Positions 1 to 13,385 are shown, counted from the first letter of the whole stretch. The stretch is 63,736 bases of DNA, filler included, from Octopus bimaculoides (GCF_001194135.2; 4 parts of 4 records of this genome joined end to end with filler, not necessarily neighbours in it); one strand, 5' to 3'. A program made the numbers and translations. Notes: generated by a model not told the origin, from the sequence alone.

Positions 1-68
<68 letters not shown>

Positions 69-88
69 GAGCGAGAGAGAGAGAGAGA
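1..88. repeat. (TA)n/(GA)n microsatellite
   Basis: Direct reading. Confidence 0.95.
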
Positions 89-848
89 AAAGACAACAAA
101 AGAAAGAAAGAGACCTCGATATTGTGTAAATAGAGGAATTTATCTGTAAATAATATGTGAAAATTATTCGGTAGCTATGAAAAAACTCCAAGTTTCGAAT
201 GCCGGGGCGGAAACCCACGCCGCCATCTCTTCAGTTACCTGGCCATTGAAAAATGCTATGAAAATGACCGTTAAACAAGGAGAAATTACTGTGTGGTTGA
301 CCCTTATTAAGACAAAAGAGCTATTAGAATGACCACTAAGTAAGGGGAGGGAGTAAAGGTAAGGGAGTAAAAATGTCCATAGTATTCGCGTAAGCGCACC
401 AGTCCATACATACACATGCGTGTCCGTACACCCACGTACATGCGCCTATATGTATATACTCATCCACTCTCACTTGAAACAAACACATGCTCACCCACAC
501 ATTCGCCAAAAAAAAAAAATATATATATATATATACCCGCATACACGCTCACACACACACACACGCGCAACACGCTCGCACCCATACACACGCGCGCAAA
601 AAAAAGGTTCATACACACGTCTATATACGCACATGTCCAAGAAAAAAACAGGGCTAAAAGCAAAATACAGAAAAAAGTGTAAAAAAGTGTGAAAACGCTA
701 TAAGGGCAAAACGCGTCTATATGCGCACATTCTCGCATGCATACACACCCGTCTATATACGCACGTACGCGCACACACGCACACATCCACAAGCGCGCAC
801 AAAAGGTTCCATGCACACGTTTATAGAAGCACAGGAAGAAAGCAGGGA

Positions 849-1361
849 GGAAGGGAGAATACAGAAAAAAATATGTGTAAAAAATATACAAAACAATATC
901 TCTATAAATGTGTAAAAAAATATATAAAGCATATATAAAAAAAAATCTAAATAAAAAATAGAGAGAGATAAAAAGCTTGTACATAGACACACTATAGAAA
1001 GCAAGTCCTATCAGTAATCTCGTGGGGACAAAAAACGTAACAAACCCTACACCAGCGGCAGCGGAAAGTGCCGTTTTTGTGATATGGAAAGATGGTTCAT
1101 CTGGAAAGGTAGCTTTGACCTCGCCACATGTCTAAATTCAAGAACTGAACTTCTCGAATCATGTCCACATGTAGCTAAATATTTGTTACGTTTTTGGTCT
1201 TCCCGAGATTACTGATAGGACTTGCTTTCTATATTCTGTCCTCGTACAAGCTTTTTATCTCTCTAAACTTTTTACTTAGATTTCTTTTATATTTTTTTAC
1301 ATATTTATAGAGATATTGTTTTGTATATATTTTTACACATTTTTTCTGTATTCTCCCTTCC
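849..1361 (+). mobile_element. Penelope-like element 3' fragment with an inverted copy of its 3' UTR
   Basis: 1045-1215 translates as PYTSGSGKCRFCDMERWFIWKGSFDLATCLNSRTELLESCPHVAKYLLRFWSSRDY*, the PY..G..CxxC..E..I...LNxRxEL..CxH..K C-terminus typical of PLE proteins. Arms 849-1044 and 1182-1361 are inverted repeats. Confidence 0.75.
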
Positions 1362-1809
1362 ACCCTAACAACAATAACAGTCTTAGTAACTTTAAGTTAT
1401 CCATTGGACAATGCAAACATACTCCTCCAAAATACAAACAATTTAACGGTCACTTGTGTGAATAAAAATTAGTGTTTAAAAATTAGGGTTAATTTCAAAA
1501 GGCATTATGCAACACTTGCGAAAACTGGAGAACAATAACAACACGAACAAGAAAAACTGACAATCTATCTAGCCACAAGTTTCTCTGCCGGAAATAACAA
1601 ATTAAACCATTAACAACTATTGCATCGTGTTAACAGACGTATAATTAAAATTTTCGTGTAGTCAAACTAACACAAATGTAAGACAAAGAAACCTTTTGTC
1701 CTTGTAAGCAAGAAAACAGTTGACAATTCGGACATTTGTCGCTGATATATTTGACGTCGTATATTCAACGAAGGAGCTTCTAAATGGTGATTCGAATCGC
1801 TAAAAGGAA

Positions 1810-2189
1810 ACCCTGATACCCCTCAAAGCACACTCTAACTTCTTAGAGGTAGGTCTTCCGCTTTTGAAACTCCCTTGCCACTCGAAACATTGCGTACAAC
1901 CCATTGCCTCGGCGCCGTAAGCTTATCAAAACATATTCAATGTCTCTGTTGCAGACTTTCCAAGTTTAACGCAAAATTTCACGTTGGCTCTTTGTTCCTG
2001 TCCACGACAAAATCGCAGACTACAGCAGACACGTGATCACAACAAAAAAAAACCTAACAAATTTCACGACTTGCGAAGTAAACACAGTGATGAAGTCCAT
2101 TGTTAGCTCTCACTGTGCACGCAACCGTGTGCTGCCATTCGTGGGAACGCTACCGAACTAGTCAGGGAATTTTGAGATACCACCTTATA
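1810..2189 (-). mobile_element. Mariner/Tc1 transposon 5' remnant
   Basis: Minus strand reads EQRANVKFCVKLGKSATETLNMF..AYGAEAMGCTQCFEWQGSFKSGR, the mariner N-terminal HTH. A TIR-like end lies near 2160-2189. Confidence 0.8.
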
Positions 2190-4229
2190 TATAAGCACAC
2201 ACATGTTTATAATCATGTATCCACATGCTTGTCTTCATTTTATTCCCATCATTCACGAGCATTTTAATTTATCAGTTACTATAACAAGGAAGCAGGGAAT
2301 GTCGTGACTGATCGACCAGTCGCCAAAAGCAAGCTAATAATTCCAATTAATATGCATAGCTTGCATCGTCATTAAATGGGAGAAGAAAAAACACATTAAA
2401 ACAAGATGGAAGGCCAGAGAAGCAGAGAGAAAGTAAATGACCGAAAACACGGCAAATGACTGGAGACGATGGTGCAGTTAGTCGCTTAAAGTACATATGA
2501 AAACATTCTATGAATAAAGGTCATAAAAGTAACAGCCAACCATTTGCTAATGACGTCATTAGTGGCATCTAATGTAAGTAATTATTACTTTTATACCAGA
2601 GATATAGTGTTTGCTTTTTTTTCTTTACTTTTTGTATGCAATGAGAAAGAACAGCATTGTTGTAATGAGGAAATTTGTTAACAGTGAGTTTTGTGACTCT
2701 TCATGTAAATGGAGAAACTGAGGAAGCGTGTCTCCGTATAAGTGACGTGCTAGAAATACCAGTGAAATCATAGTCTGTAGGAAAAAATGTAAACTTGGAC
2801 GAGTTGTTAACGCCTGAACATACAACGAATCAATTGTAATGTACAGAGGTTGTGTGAGAATTATTGACATTCGAGTCACACCACACACATACACTTACAC
2901 ATGTGTATGTATGTGTGCATGAATGTATGTATGTATGTATGCATGTATGTATTCAGGAAAAAATGACGAAAGGGAAATGAAGGTAGGACAGTAGAGTTTG
3001 GCATCCTCTATGTTTGAGAAATTGGCAGCTGTTAATGAGGAATGCAAAACAACATGAACTTCATAGTAAACTCGAAGTAGAAGAAATTTGGTGAGTAAGG
3101 TAGGAGGGGAGAAACATAGAATGAGGAGGAGGAGGAGGAGGAGGAGGAGCAGAAGGGCAAAAGTGAAGATGAACTGAAAGGAAAAACTGGGGAGGGAAGT
3201 TGAAAGATAAGAAAGAGATCACCAACCTCAGAGATGTTGGCGTAGAGAGAGAGAAAAAAATGATCATTTAAACCTAGATGACATAGAACTAGGTTCAATG
3301 ATGAAATGATGCTCCAAAAGCCAAATTTAAGGGGGAAAAAGAGTTACGGCATTTATAGAAAAATGGTTCAAGTGGAAAGGAAAAGGACGGTTCGTTTGTT
3401 ATTATGACTTTGTGAAGCTGTCTATGAATATATCAGACAACTTAATGAAGCATGAAGTCGGGGCAAGCACATATAAAGAAACCGGCAATAACGATACCTT
3501 AGGTTCCGTAAAGAATTGGAACAAAGAAACTAATTTTGTGCCCGAGGATGATGCCAAGAAAATGTAAATGACCAAAACCTATACCAACACTACCTCTCAA
3601 AGCAACGGTAGAAATGAAAAAAAAGACCAATCAAATTGAAGTTATCACTTCCACGAAGAAGAAAACAGGAGAACCGCCTGGAAGAGACATGCAAACAGAA
3701 TAACAGACGCACGATAGAAAACTAAAATTTAAAAAACAAGGGGAAAAAACTAATGTCAAAAACAAGGGCATTGGAAAACAAAATGCTGAACACAAACCAT
3801 GTGTAGGCTCCACATAAAGGGTTTCTGTTGGCGTGAAGAGGTGGAGACAAACTGGCACTTTGTTCAGCCCAGATTATAAGAGCTGTATTGAACGTAGAAA
3901 ATACTTGCCACTAAACTAACAGGACAGAATCATATCCGAAGAAGCTCATGATCCGCAAGAGACCAGCAGTAATTCAGAAGAATCACCTGAAGAAGACACA
4001 CCATCTACGCCCAATGAATTTCTTTCAGATCTCTCTAAAATGCTGTTCGTGAAACAAATAATACTCTAACCGAGAAGTAGCAACAACATTTTGAATTTTT
4101 GTTTCACAAAAAACATGGAACCTGTCCACAAGAAAAAGGTGATACCATAACGTAACAGAAGTTACACCGTATGGCCTCAAGCAAATCAAATGTATGCAAT
4201 ATGTAGTAAGCATTCGAACTTTATCCAGT

Positions 4230-5040
4230 CTGAATTTCTACACAACTGATTGGAAATTGCTTCAAAAAGAGATCCGAAAGCAAAATCAACACGAAAGTCT
4301 CTCTACTTCATGTGTATAATGGAGGCCACGTGCATTAAATTTGCCGTAGGGAGAAAAGCCGATACACAAAAACATTTCTAAATACCAGTAGGTCCTAATG
4401 AACTGATAAATAAAGATCTCATATCGGTTAAAAAATTGAAGGGCAGCAAGGTGATCCATTTGAAAAAGAGGTTTCCAAAGATCGAAAACAAATTTAGAGA
4501 AAGTAAGAAAAGTCAAGGCGATTGAGAATTTAAAAACGATCCGAAGGTTTTCTATAAATTGGGAAGGGAATCCGTCTTGGTAGGTTACACAATGAGGATA
4601 CAAAATGGGGCAACGGAAACAAGTCAACGACTGCAGACTCCCAAAAGAATAAGTGAACTACTAAATAAACAATTCCAAAGCGATTTCTTTTCACTACTCT
4701 GAAATATATAAATACAAAGAAATTGCTGAGTTCCTCAACACCACATCTCTACTCAAAGAAGAAGCAGTCGTCGATTATTTCGACATAAAAGAGGAGAATG
4801 TAAACGCCGATAGTTTGCCAGTAATTCTTTGAAAGAAATGCAAGGCCTCGCAAAACGACTGCAAACATTTTTTCAGGGCTTGTTTGCATGTGCTAAATTT
4901 CCTAAAAAGTTAAAAGATATAATATGATCTGTTCATAAGGATAAACTAGAGAAGAAACTAAAACTTACAGGCCATCTCTCTGGCATTACAAAGTCATAGA
5001 ACGCACTGTCAGATAGAAGTTGATTATGTGCCTATAAGGA
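4230..5040 (+). mobile_element. Degenerate CR1/L2-like LINE ORF2 (linker and RT N-terminus)
   Basis: Frameshifted remnants such as KNDPKVFYK, ISELLNKQFQS, LPVIL.KKCK, PKKLKDII.SVHK and YRP.SL....KVIER. Confidence 0.6.
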
Positions 5041-5191
5041 AATGGCTAGCTGACATGCAGCTTGTCTTGTTTTGGAGTTTAGCCTAAAGCAATGACAATA
5101 TAATAAATTAAAAGTCACTAGAAATCTAGGTTAGTTGCTATATATTTTACAAGAAAGTTGTTATTAAGCTTTCATTATTAGATGTCAGAAA

Positions 5192-5400
5192 AGCGGCAAG
5201 CTGGTAGAATCGTTAGCACTCAGGACAAAATGCTTCGTGGTATTTCATCCGTCTTTACGTTCTGAATTCAAATTCCGCCTTTCGGGGTCTATAAATTAAG
5301 TTTCAGTGAAACTTTTGGGCCGATGTAATCGACTAGTCCCCTCTCTAATCCCCAAATTTCAGGCGTTGTGCCTTTAGTAGAAAGGATTCTTCTTCTTATT
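5192..5400 (+). mobile_element. tRNA-derived SINE family A (GGCGGCGAGCTGGCAGAA... head, (ATT)n tail)
   Basis: A-box-like TGGYAGAATCG, B-box-like GAGTTCAAATTCC (diverged here), shared body with more than 15 other copies in the window. Probably one of the described octopus SINE families; name not assigned. Confidence 0.8.
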
Positions 5401-5759
5401 ATTATTATTAATATTATTATGTTTAGCTTTTGCTTCGTATTTGAACAAGTTGACTCCAAGTCTCACCCAGAAACCCCAAGAGACAACAAGCTAGAAGTTC
5501 AACTTGATGTTATGACTCGGGAGCCGTATATTTGGTTTAGCACAGAGTATTGTTTTAGGGGGTGCCTGTCAAAGCATAAGAAAATTAGAAGTTTGTTTAA
5601 AAATTATTTTGGTCATAAGATGATAGAGTTATCTTAAGATGACAGTAAAAGGTGTTTGCTATTATCTACATTTAAAAGTACTTTTGACAATTTTCATAGA
5701 TTAAACTATTTTTGAAATTACATAGACAATATTTTTCGTGGATTATGAGCCCCGTTTTA

Positions 5760-6230
5760 GATGCCATTGTCCGCTGTTGTTGGGGTAGAAAACCTTGAGG
5801 TGGTTTGTATTTCCACAGTTGTAGCATTGCAGACTTCTGCCTTCACCCAACCACCAGCAATTGCTACCCTCTCAGGATCTTTATTAGATCAGGGAATTGC
5901 GAAGTAACTCGAGTTTTACCCGAATCAAAATCTCCAAGTCCACCTTGACCCCAATTTTGTTTCGGAAATCTTTTTACGTTTCTAGAAGCAAGCAGGAGCT
6001 TCCAAAACCTCACATTTCACCTATCACCAGAAATCAAGTTCTGGTGGTATGTTAGTACTTTCTATTCGGATCACTCCCCGTCCCTGGAAAATCTTTGTTA
6101 ATGAGAAATTTGCATTTTAGCGGGACGGTAAAGTGTTTCTGAACAAGAGTTTCCAAGTGAAAAATAACTTGAATATACCCTAAATTTATGGGCATGTCCC
6201 ACAAAACTGATGTCTCGCTCAATGTTCTTT
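5760..6230 (-). mobile_element. Degenerate LINE ORF1/gag-like remnant with zinc knuckle
   Basis: Minus strand reads GEGRSLQCYNCGNTNHLKVFYP, a CX2CX4HX4C-like motif whose last C is replaced by Y. Upstream sequence is frameshifted. Confidence 0.45.
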
Positions 6231-8779
6231 AAACAAAGCTAACCTAATCTGAAGGTACGCACTCTAATTTGTTTCTTTTCGTCGACAAGTATCAATACAG
6301 ATTTTTTTTTCCTGTTTGGACTAAGAGGTGTCGTGGTATATTCAGCGTAACTTTGTTCTGTTCGGTTAATGTCTTTCTGCCTCTTTCAAATGTTTTCAAG
6401 TGGGATAACATCTGTTTTGTTTTTTTATTCCCAGTGCGAGCTAACAGAGAGGGGACAATACAATATGATTGGGATCACATACAATCGAATGATATAATAA
6501 AATTTTTCATGTACAATGAAATCGACTGAATTACAATACAATAAATTCCAAACAATAAATCACAAACCACAAATAATAAATCAGACAACGAGGTGTTCAA
6601 AACAGGTATGTTCCGACCCCACGAGCTCTGTCTTTAGCACCGACTATCACAATCACTAAACCATAATTACCGCCACAACAACAACAATCATCATTATTCA
6701 CATCATGACCACCAGCTTCGTGGAAGAAAACATGCGCAGTTGTTTACAAGTTAGAGTAATAAAAGCGGATGATAAATCACTTGTAATGTACTTCGCAGGG
6801 TTTTTTGAAGACGAGAAAGAAATTACAATTAAGTCGTAAATTTAACGGTTTCTGTTTGACTTCAGCTGCTTATTTTTTCTCTTCCTTTAAATTTAACTTT
6901 AGTTGCTCAGACTGAGCAGAAAAAAAGCATTATAGTGGTTGAAATGGGTTACTTGTCAATTTATCGAGAATTTCAAGACAATCTTCTAATTCAAGACTAG
7001 ACTTGATTCAAGAACAGGCATCGGAAGAACAATAAATTTGAAACACTCCATGTGCTGATAAAAATGAATTCCAAACAAATCGTCACTCAATTGTGATATT
7101 GATCGAATTTAGTTACTGTAAGATATAGTACAATTAACTAAATGTATAATGATTTATATGTAACTATAATTGTTGTAGCGATCATGTATATCACGAATTC
7201 CAAATGAACAGTGATCGTAAAGCTGTTGGACCAGAGTGAAAACTCACAACGTTTTTATTTTCTTAACTTTGTATCGAATATTGATGATAATTACTTTTCA
7301 ATTAAGTTTCATAAATAATTTCAGTACCAAATTTTATTTAACTTTCACAAGACATGATGAATAGCTTTAATTTAGATCCATGTATGGATATTTTATTCAC
7401 AAAATTTGTGAATATAGCCTTGTGTTTACGGGAATTTCATTATTATTAAATTGTTTGTAGCAAAAAAAAAAAAACAAACAACCCAAGCTGAGACCGATGA
7501 AATTTTTATCGCTGTGAACATAAGGGGGAATTGGATCCAATTCTAGATATTTCTCCATCACGCATACTTCGTTAATCACTGAGAAATGCTGAACTCAAAT
7601 TCTGCGAAAAATCGACAAAATACAAGAAACTATCTTATTTGTCTTGTTTCTATTGGAATTTAGTGCTTATAATGTCTATCAATTATATTAGCTACTTTAA
7701 AAGGCAAATGATAAGGACACCAGAGTTTGCTGGTGACCCAACGGTTTACAGGCAGTCTAGTAATATATGTAAATATATGCCTATCGTTGTCTTATATATT
7801 TCTCCTTGTTTTGCACTTACGTGTGTGTATCATATATGTTATATAACTTTTTCTGTTTTTTTTTTTAGTGGGGAAAATTCAGTATACAATTACAAGTTAT
7901 CCATGAGCACAAACATGCATATATACAAAATCAATCTATTCAGACAATCACAAGCATTCGACGCCTGCCTTAATTAATGAAAAAAGTGGCTAATTTGAAT
8001 TTCTTTTCTAATCTGTTGTTTTCATGGAGAAATGGTTATAATAGATGAGTTCTTTTCCTAGTTTATCGATAAATAAGGATGTTCGTGTAATTTAAAATTC
8101 AATCACGCACGATACAAGGTGCTTTCCAGAAGTCTTGAGACATTTATTAATTTCAAATTACTAAACTCTAATCTCTGCCAGGAAGGATTTATTTTGTCGC
8201 GGCGGCGTAACACGCCGTACTATGGTCCACTTGGAACTATTTCCAGCTGTCTGCAGAAGAATACAGATGCGGCAGCTTCCGGCTACGAGTATCGTGCGCG
8301 GGAGTTGCAGCTCGGCTGGCGAAGGGTTAGCATCGCATTTTGATACGCAAGCCCGACTCTACACCATGCAACTCTTGGAATCATTGAAGCCACGAAGGAC
8401 CATCCTTTAGTAAGTCTGTTGAGATTCTTCTTGTCATCCAACACTCGCAATTCTTCATTCTGTTCACCATTTACTTAAAAATTGTTGTAATATCACTTTC
8501 AACCTGTTATATGGACTGTTAGATATGTAATTCGTCTGAGTTCATTGTTTCATTGTTGTTGTCTTGTGGGACTGTCGTAGTAAAATGTCATTGATATATA
8601 TATGGCGGACATGACTTTTGTTTATTCATAACGAACATTGGGTGAGTGCGTTCTTTGTATGTAATTGAACAATAAATATAATACAACCGCTTTCACGAGA
8701 GACGATTACTTCTCTCCTGAAATAAAGGATGTTCAGTTCGTTCGTACATTAGATTTCTGAATTTCTTTCAACTTTCTAA

Positions 8780-10060
8780 ATAAAACTCACCCCAGACGAC
8801 CCGGCCACGCCTCCTTCAATGTGAATCCTCTGGTTCCAATGCACGCCTCGTTGCACTCCAGCTATTTCGTGAAGGCTCCTTAGAAATCCTCAAAACGAAG
8901 GTGTCCAGGACTTCGTCACAGCCTCCTTCACCTTCTCATTTGTCTACAAAATGACTGCCTCTGATGTTCCCCTTCATCTTGGAGACAAACAAAAGTCTCA
9001 AGAAGCAAGCTCTGAACTATAAAGAGTTTGATGGGATAGTTGTGATGACCATCTCTGTCGAGATGGAATTGTGGACTGATGCATTGTCCTGGTGCAAGGA
9101 CCACTGACCCGAGGGAAAGAGCTCTGACCTTCCAACACCTCTCACCTCCTCTGGCGTCCTTGAATTTCTTGTACCAGTGAAAAACAGATCCTCGGCTCGG
9201 CACAAATTAATCGATAAACAGGCGATAGTATTTCATAAGTTTCTGCAGCGTTTTTGGATCTTTTTTAAAACGGGGGCCACATTTTTCATTAATGTTTTAC
9301 GTAGTGTTTTTGGTACGGAAAGACTTTCAAACTTCGTATACTTATCTATTTTGTGTTATAGAACAGAAAAATATTTTTGTATTCGAATTTATTTCATGTA
9401 AAAAATTGTCTTATTTCGATAATTTCAACCAATCACTGACAAGTATTCAGTTGTTTACATTTACTCCTTTGGCTGATTAAGCGATGTAAAGCGTATTTAA
9501 TCTCCATACCTTCGTTTTATTTGCTTTAACCCTAACCCTAACCATAGGATTAGGGTTAATTGTTTCAGAATCGTTTGTTTATGTAGTCGGCACTTAATGT
9601 ATATCGGCTGAATGGACGTCAGTGATTGGTTGAAATTACAGAAATACGACAACTTTCACATGGAATAACTTATGGATTTCTTTTTTCTTAAGAAGACTAA
9701 GAGAAAAAGATGTTTTATATGACACATTCTACCAGTGTTCCAAGTTTCAAAGTGTTTCGTTAATGAAACATGTGGCCCCCGTTTTAAAAAAGATCCGCGT
9801 TTTTTGTCCAGTTTAACACGAAACTTTATTGCACAGCGAACTTGCAATTTATCTTCACGTCCCGAATGCATTCTGAAAACGTTTCAGCCATGTCGAGCAG
9901 TGTTTCATAGGGAATGCTCAATCTGGAACAACAAAAGTTGGCAAGTCAGCTTATTAGATGTATTAGTAATGATATACTAAAGGATATACAATAATCTTGG
10001 ACAGTTACTACAAGTGCCTCGCCTAAAAATATCCCAAACCTTCTGGGAAGGACCCCTTAC
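8780..10060 (-). mobile_element. Internally deleted mariner transposon, split by a nested MITE
   Basis: N-terminal RCAIKFRVKLDK (about 9805-9850) continues as KNAAETYEIL..SRGSVFHWYKKFKD (below 9255). Also present: HQDNASVH and C-terminal FVSKMKGNIRGSHF. TIR-like end near 10030-10060. Confidence 0.75.
9256..9796. mobile_element. Merlin-like MITE, copy 1 (541 bp)
   Basis: 37-bp TIRs GGATCTTTTTTAAAACGGGGGCCACATTTTTCATTAA with 1 mismatch; 8-bp TSD GCGTTTTT at 9248-9255 and 9797-9804; internal TAACCC/GGGTTA repeats. Confidence 0.8.
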
Positions 10061-10434
10061 AATTTTGTGTGCGCGCGCGCGCGTGTGTATGAATGTTCCT
10101 TGACTTGTTTTTATTGATATAGTTTATTATTTCTTCCTTCAATAAGTGACTTCAAACAACTCTCTCTACAAATGAGCTTTCGTATGATAATAAAGCATGG
10201 ATGTTAGTGAGATGCTTTATGAAATTTAACTAACTTTATATTGAAAACTGAAAGCGCACTTCATGAATAAATAACAGAATGATTTATAAATGAATGTCAG
10301 CAAAATTCTTCGTTTTGGAGTGTAACCCAAAGCAATGACAATGTAATAAATTAAAAGACACTAGAAATCTAGGTTAGTTGCTATATATTTTACGAGAAAA
10401 TTCTTATTAAGCTTTCATTGTTAGACGGCAAAAA

Positions 10435-10870
10435 AGTGGCGAACTGGCAGAATCGTTAGCACACCGGAAAAAATGCTTAGCGGCATTTCATCCGTCTTTT
10501 CGTTTTGAGTTCAAATTCCGCTGAGGTCGACTTTGCCTTTCATCCTTTCGCAGTCCACAAAATTAGCACCAGTTGAACACTGGGGTTGATGTAATCGACT
10601 CAACCCCTCATCCAAACCTGCTGCCTGTGTGACAAAAATTTAAATTATTATTATTACTACTACTACTACCAAGCTGGCAGAATCGTTAGCACGCCAGGCA
10701 AAAGGCTTAGCCGCATTTCGTCTGCCGATATTCTGAGTTCAAATTCCACTGAGACCAATTTTGCCTTTCATCCTTTCGGGGTCGATGAAATATGTAAGTT
10801 ACGCACTGGGGTCGATGTAATCTCCTTCCATCAAACTTCAGGCCTTGTGCCTTTTGTAGGAAAGATTATC
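10435..10870 (+). mobile_element. Two tandem SINE family A copies
   Basis: Heads near 10435 and 10671; B boxes GAGTTCAAATTCC; (ATT/ACT)n tails. Confidence 0.8.
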
Positions 10871-10899
10871 ACTACTACTTATATTATTATTATCACATT

Positions 10900-11330
10900 T
10901 TCCAGGGAAGGACGTCTTTTTGAATGGTTTTAAATCTTGAAGAATCAAAAAATGCAAGAAACATTCTCATGAAGTACTCAACATCCAAGAATCCATCGAA
11001 CAACAAACCAATCTCAGAACTGTTGTCTATAGAAGTTTAGCCACAAGAGTAAGAAGATAGAACAGGCGACAGCAGCAGCAAATTTGGAGCACCAAAACCT
11101 ATGTCACCAGGGGCAAAAAGCACGGCACAGTTAAGACTAGCTTCTCTAAAGAGGATTAGGCCAGGAAGTACTCCATAATAACTCTAACGATTGACAAAAT
11201 ACTCATCATCACAATTTCACTTGGCTGAAGGGTAATTAAAATAAAAATAGCCATCGTGCCACCAGAAATAAATATTTGCATGTTGGTGGCACTTAGCCTT
11301 TTTGATAGAGAGGGCAAAAACCAACATTCA
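10900..11330 (+). mobile_element. Highly degenerate R4/Dong-like (RLE-type) LINE fragment
   Basis: Remnant LATRVRR*NRRQQQQ resembles the LAxKIRRYxxRxxQ segment upstream of the RT in this group; many frameshifts. Confidence 0.35.
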
Positions 11331-11689
11331 AAGGACATTTTAATTACCACTTTCTTTCAGTAAAAAGTTATGTAATCTATAAGCAGGTTTTTCCATTCCA
11401 GGATAAATGTGTATCATAACAATCTTGGTCTTTGGATTTATTTTGTGTGTTGTAAATTATCCTGTTAGAAACAGCAGCCAAATCTCCCTCATATCAAAAC
11501 TCACTTTCTTAGAAAACAAGAATACATCACAAGGTGGACCTTGATAAAGTGATTAAGAAAAAAAAAGAAAAAAGACTAGGATGATCAAATGTAGGATTCC
11601 TTTGGGGATAAGTTGATCATAGTCAACCTGGATGTTGGGACTAAACAACTGCTACAGTTACAATTTGAGTAAAACAAAAATAAATAAAT

Positions 11690-11812
11690 AAAATGCTGAG
11701 ACACAAAATGCAATATCTAGAGGAGAGAGAAATGCTGGAGGACATTGCCTGGCTGATTTGCTTGACTGAGTCGAGTAAAAGGATATATGAAAGCAAGATC
11801 ATTATCAGCCCC
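11690..11812 (+). mobile_element. APE-endonuclease N-terminal fragment of a CR1-like LINE
   Basis: KMQYLEEREMLEDIAWLICLTESSKRIYESKIIISP resembles the ICLTE(S/T)..IxDxEI motif. Truncated by a gap. Confidence 0.4.
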
Positions 11813-13077
11813 NNNNNNNNNNNNNNNNNNNNNNNNNNNNNNNNNNNGTATAAAATGTGTGTCAAGCAATTAAATACTTAGCATATTAATTTCTAAACAC
11901 TTTTCTCCCCACACACACTCTCTCTCTCTCTCAGGTTATTCAATAAGCAAAATTTCCAATGAGAAAATTTGCCCCAATTGTTGAGTGTTGACAATTCAAA
12001 ATTAATTGGCAGTTAATTACTTTTGCTAAAATTAGGGATAGTTATTTCCATTCATTCTTTCTCTGCTCCTCCTCCTCCTCCTCTCTCTCTACTTGCATAG
12101 ACAGTAATTTTAAGAGAAGATGTCTACATGAAAGACTTCAAGAGAAGTTAGCTGTTAGGCTGCCTTCTCTCACAGCTAAAGAGTTAGCATTCCTTTTGTC
12201 ATTTAAATAATTCCCATTCCTTAGAGGGAGCCTCTCTAGGGTCATTCACCTACAATAAATAGCAGCCAAATCTCCCTCAAATCACACCCTAAGGAGGTTG
12301 ATTTGGAAAATGTAGTGTTAGAGGTTCCATATCTAAATAAAAAATAGGACATCTTTGATCTTAAATACACTGAAACAGGGGCAGACATAATGTTAAACAA
12401 CAATGTGAATGCTTTTAAAGGTCATGGTTTTCCTACCTTTTATATTGAATGTTTCATCAAAATATTTTCCTTTCAGATTTATTCCTTATTAAAGCAGAAA
12501 TATTGATTAAATACATTTCCCGACTTCTTGTTGTTGTTTAACCCCAGGCCAATCCATGACCATATTACATTTATTCAAACATGTCTAGGATTGTATGACC
12601 CCTAACCAGGTTGTTTCCTTCTTTTTCTTTACTTTTGAACCAGTAGATTATCTGATTTGTGAAACATTTTGCTGTTATTTCTACTAAGTTTTTTGGTTTC
12701 TTTTTCCAGATACAAGAAATGCTGTATGTTAAAATGGTAAGACGTAATTTGAGGGACGTTGGCTGCTATTTCTAGCATGTTAGCTCTCTATTCTGAGGTT
12801 AACTTTCCATATTTCTAAATCATTCTTTCATTACTCTCTTCATAAAATTGGGGTGGTATGAATTTAATATGAAACAATTTCAGCTATTTCCATTGCTCAA
12901 TGGCCAACTGTCACTTGAAAGTCAACTGGCTCTGTGGTAAATCAACAAATATGGCCTTACAGGCTGAGAAGTTTGCTTGGCATCCATGTGGTTCCAGATT
13001 CAACCCCACGACATGACACGTTGGGACAATAAACTGAGAATGGAATTTAGCACATGGATACTGTATGGAATTCTTTT

Positions 13078-13112
<35 letters not shown>

Positions 13113-13149
13113 ACATTTGTTCATTCATCTGATATCTGCTGACTACAAA

Positions 13150-13370
13150 TGGCCATTTCCACGAAGGAGAGTCCAGTCAGTTTCTCTGCTTCTTATTGCA
13201 GCTTTGGTCTTTGCTAAGTTAACTTTTACTTCTCCATCTCAAACTTCATTTTCTAATTCTACTCCAGATTCCCCTGCAAGAATGAAGTTATCACCTTATT
13301 GTAGTTCCCCCTTTTCTCCTCTTCTTTCTTTATGTAAGCCCCTGCCTCTGAGAGTTTCCAGAACTGCAGG
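13150..13370 (-). mobile_element. Degenerate RTE-type LINE RT fragment
   Basis: Minus strand reads ..DNFILAGESGVELE...KVNLAKTK, the same segment as the copy at 21233-21600. Confidence 0.55.
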
Positions 13371-13385
13371 AAAGTGTAATTCATA

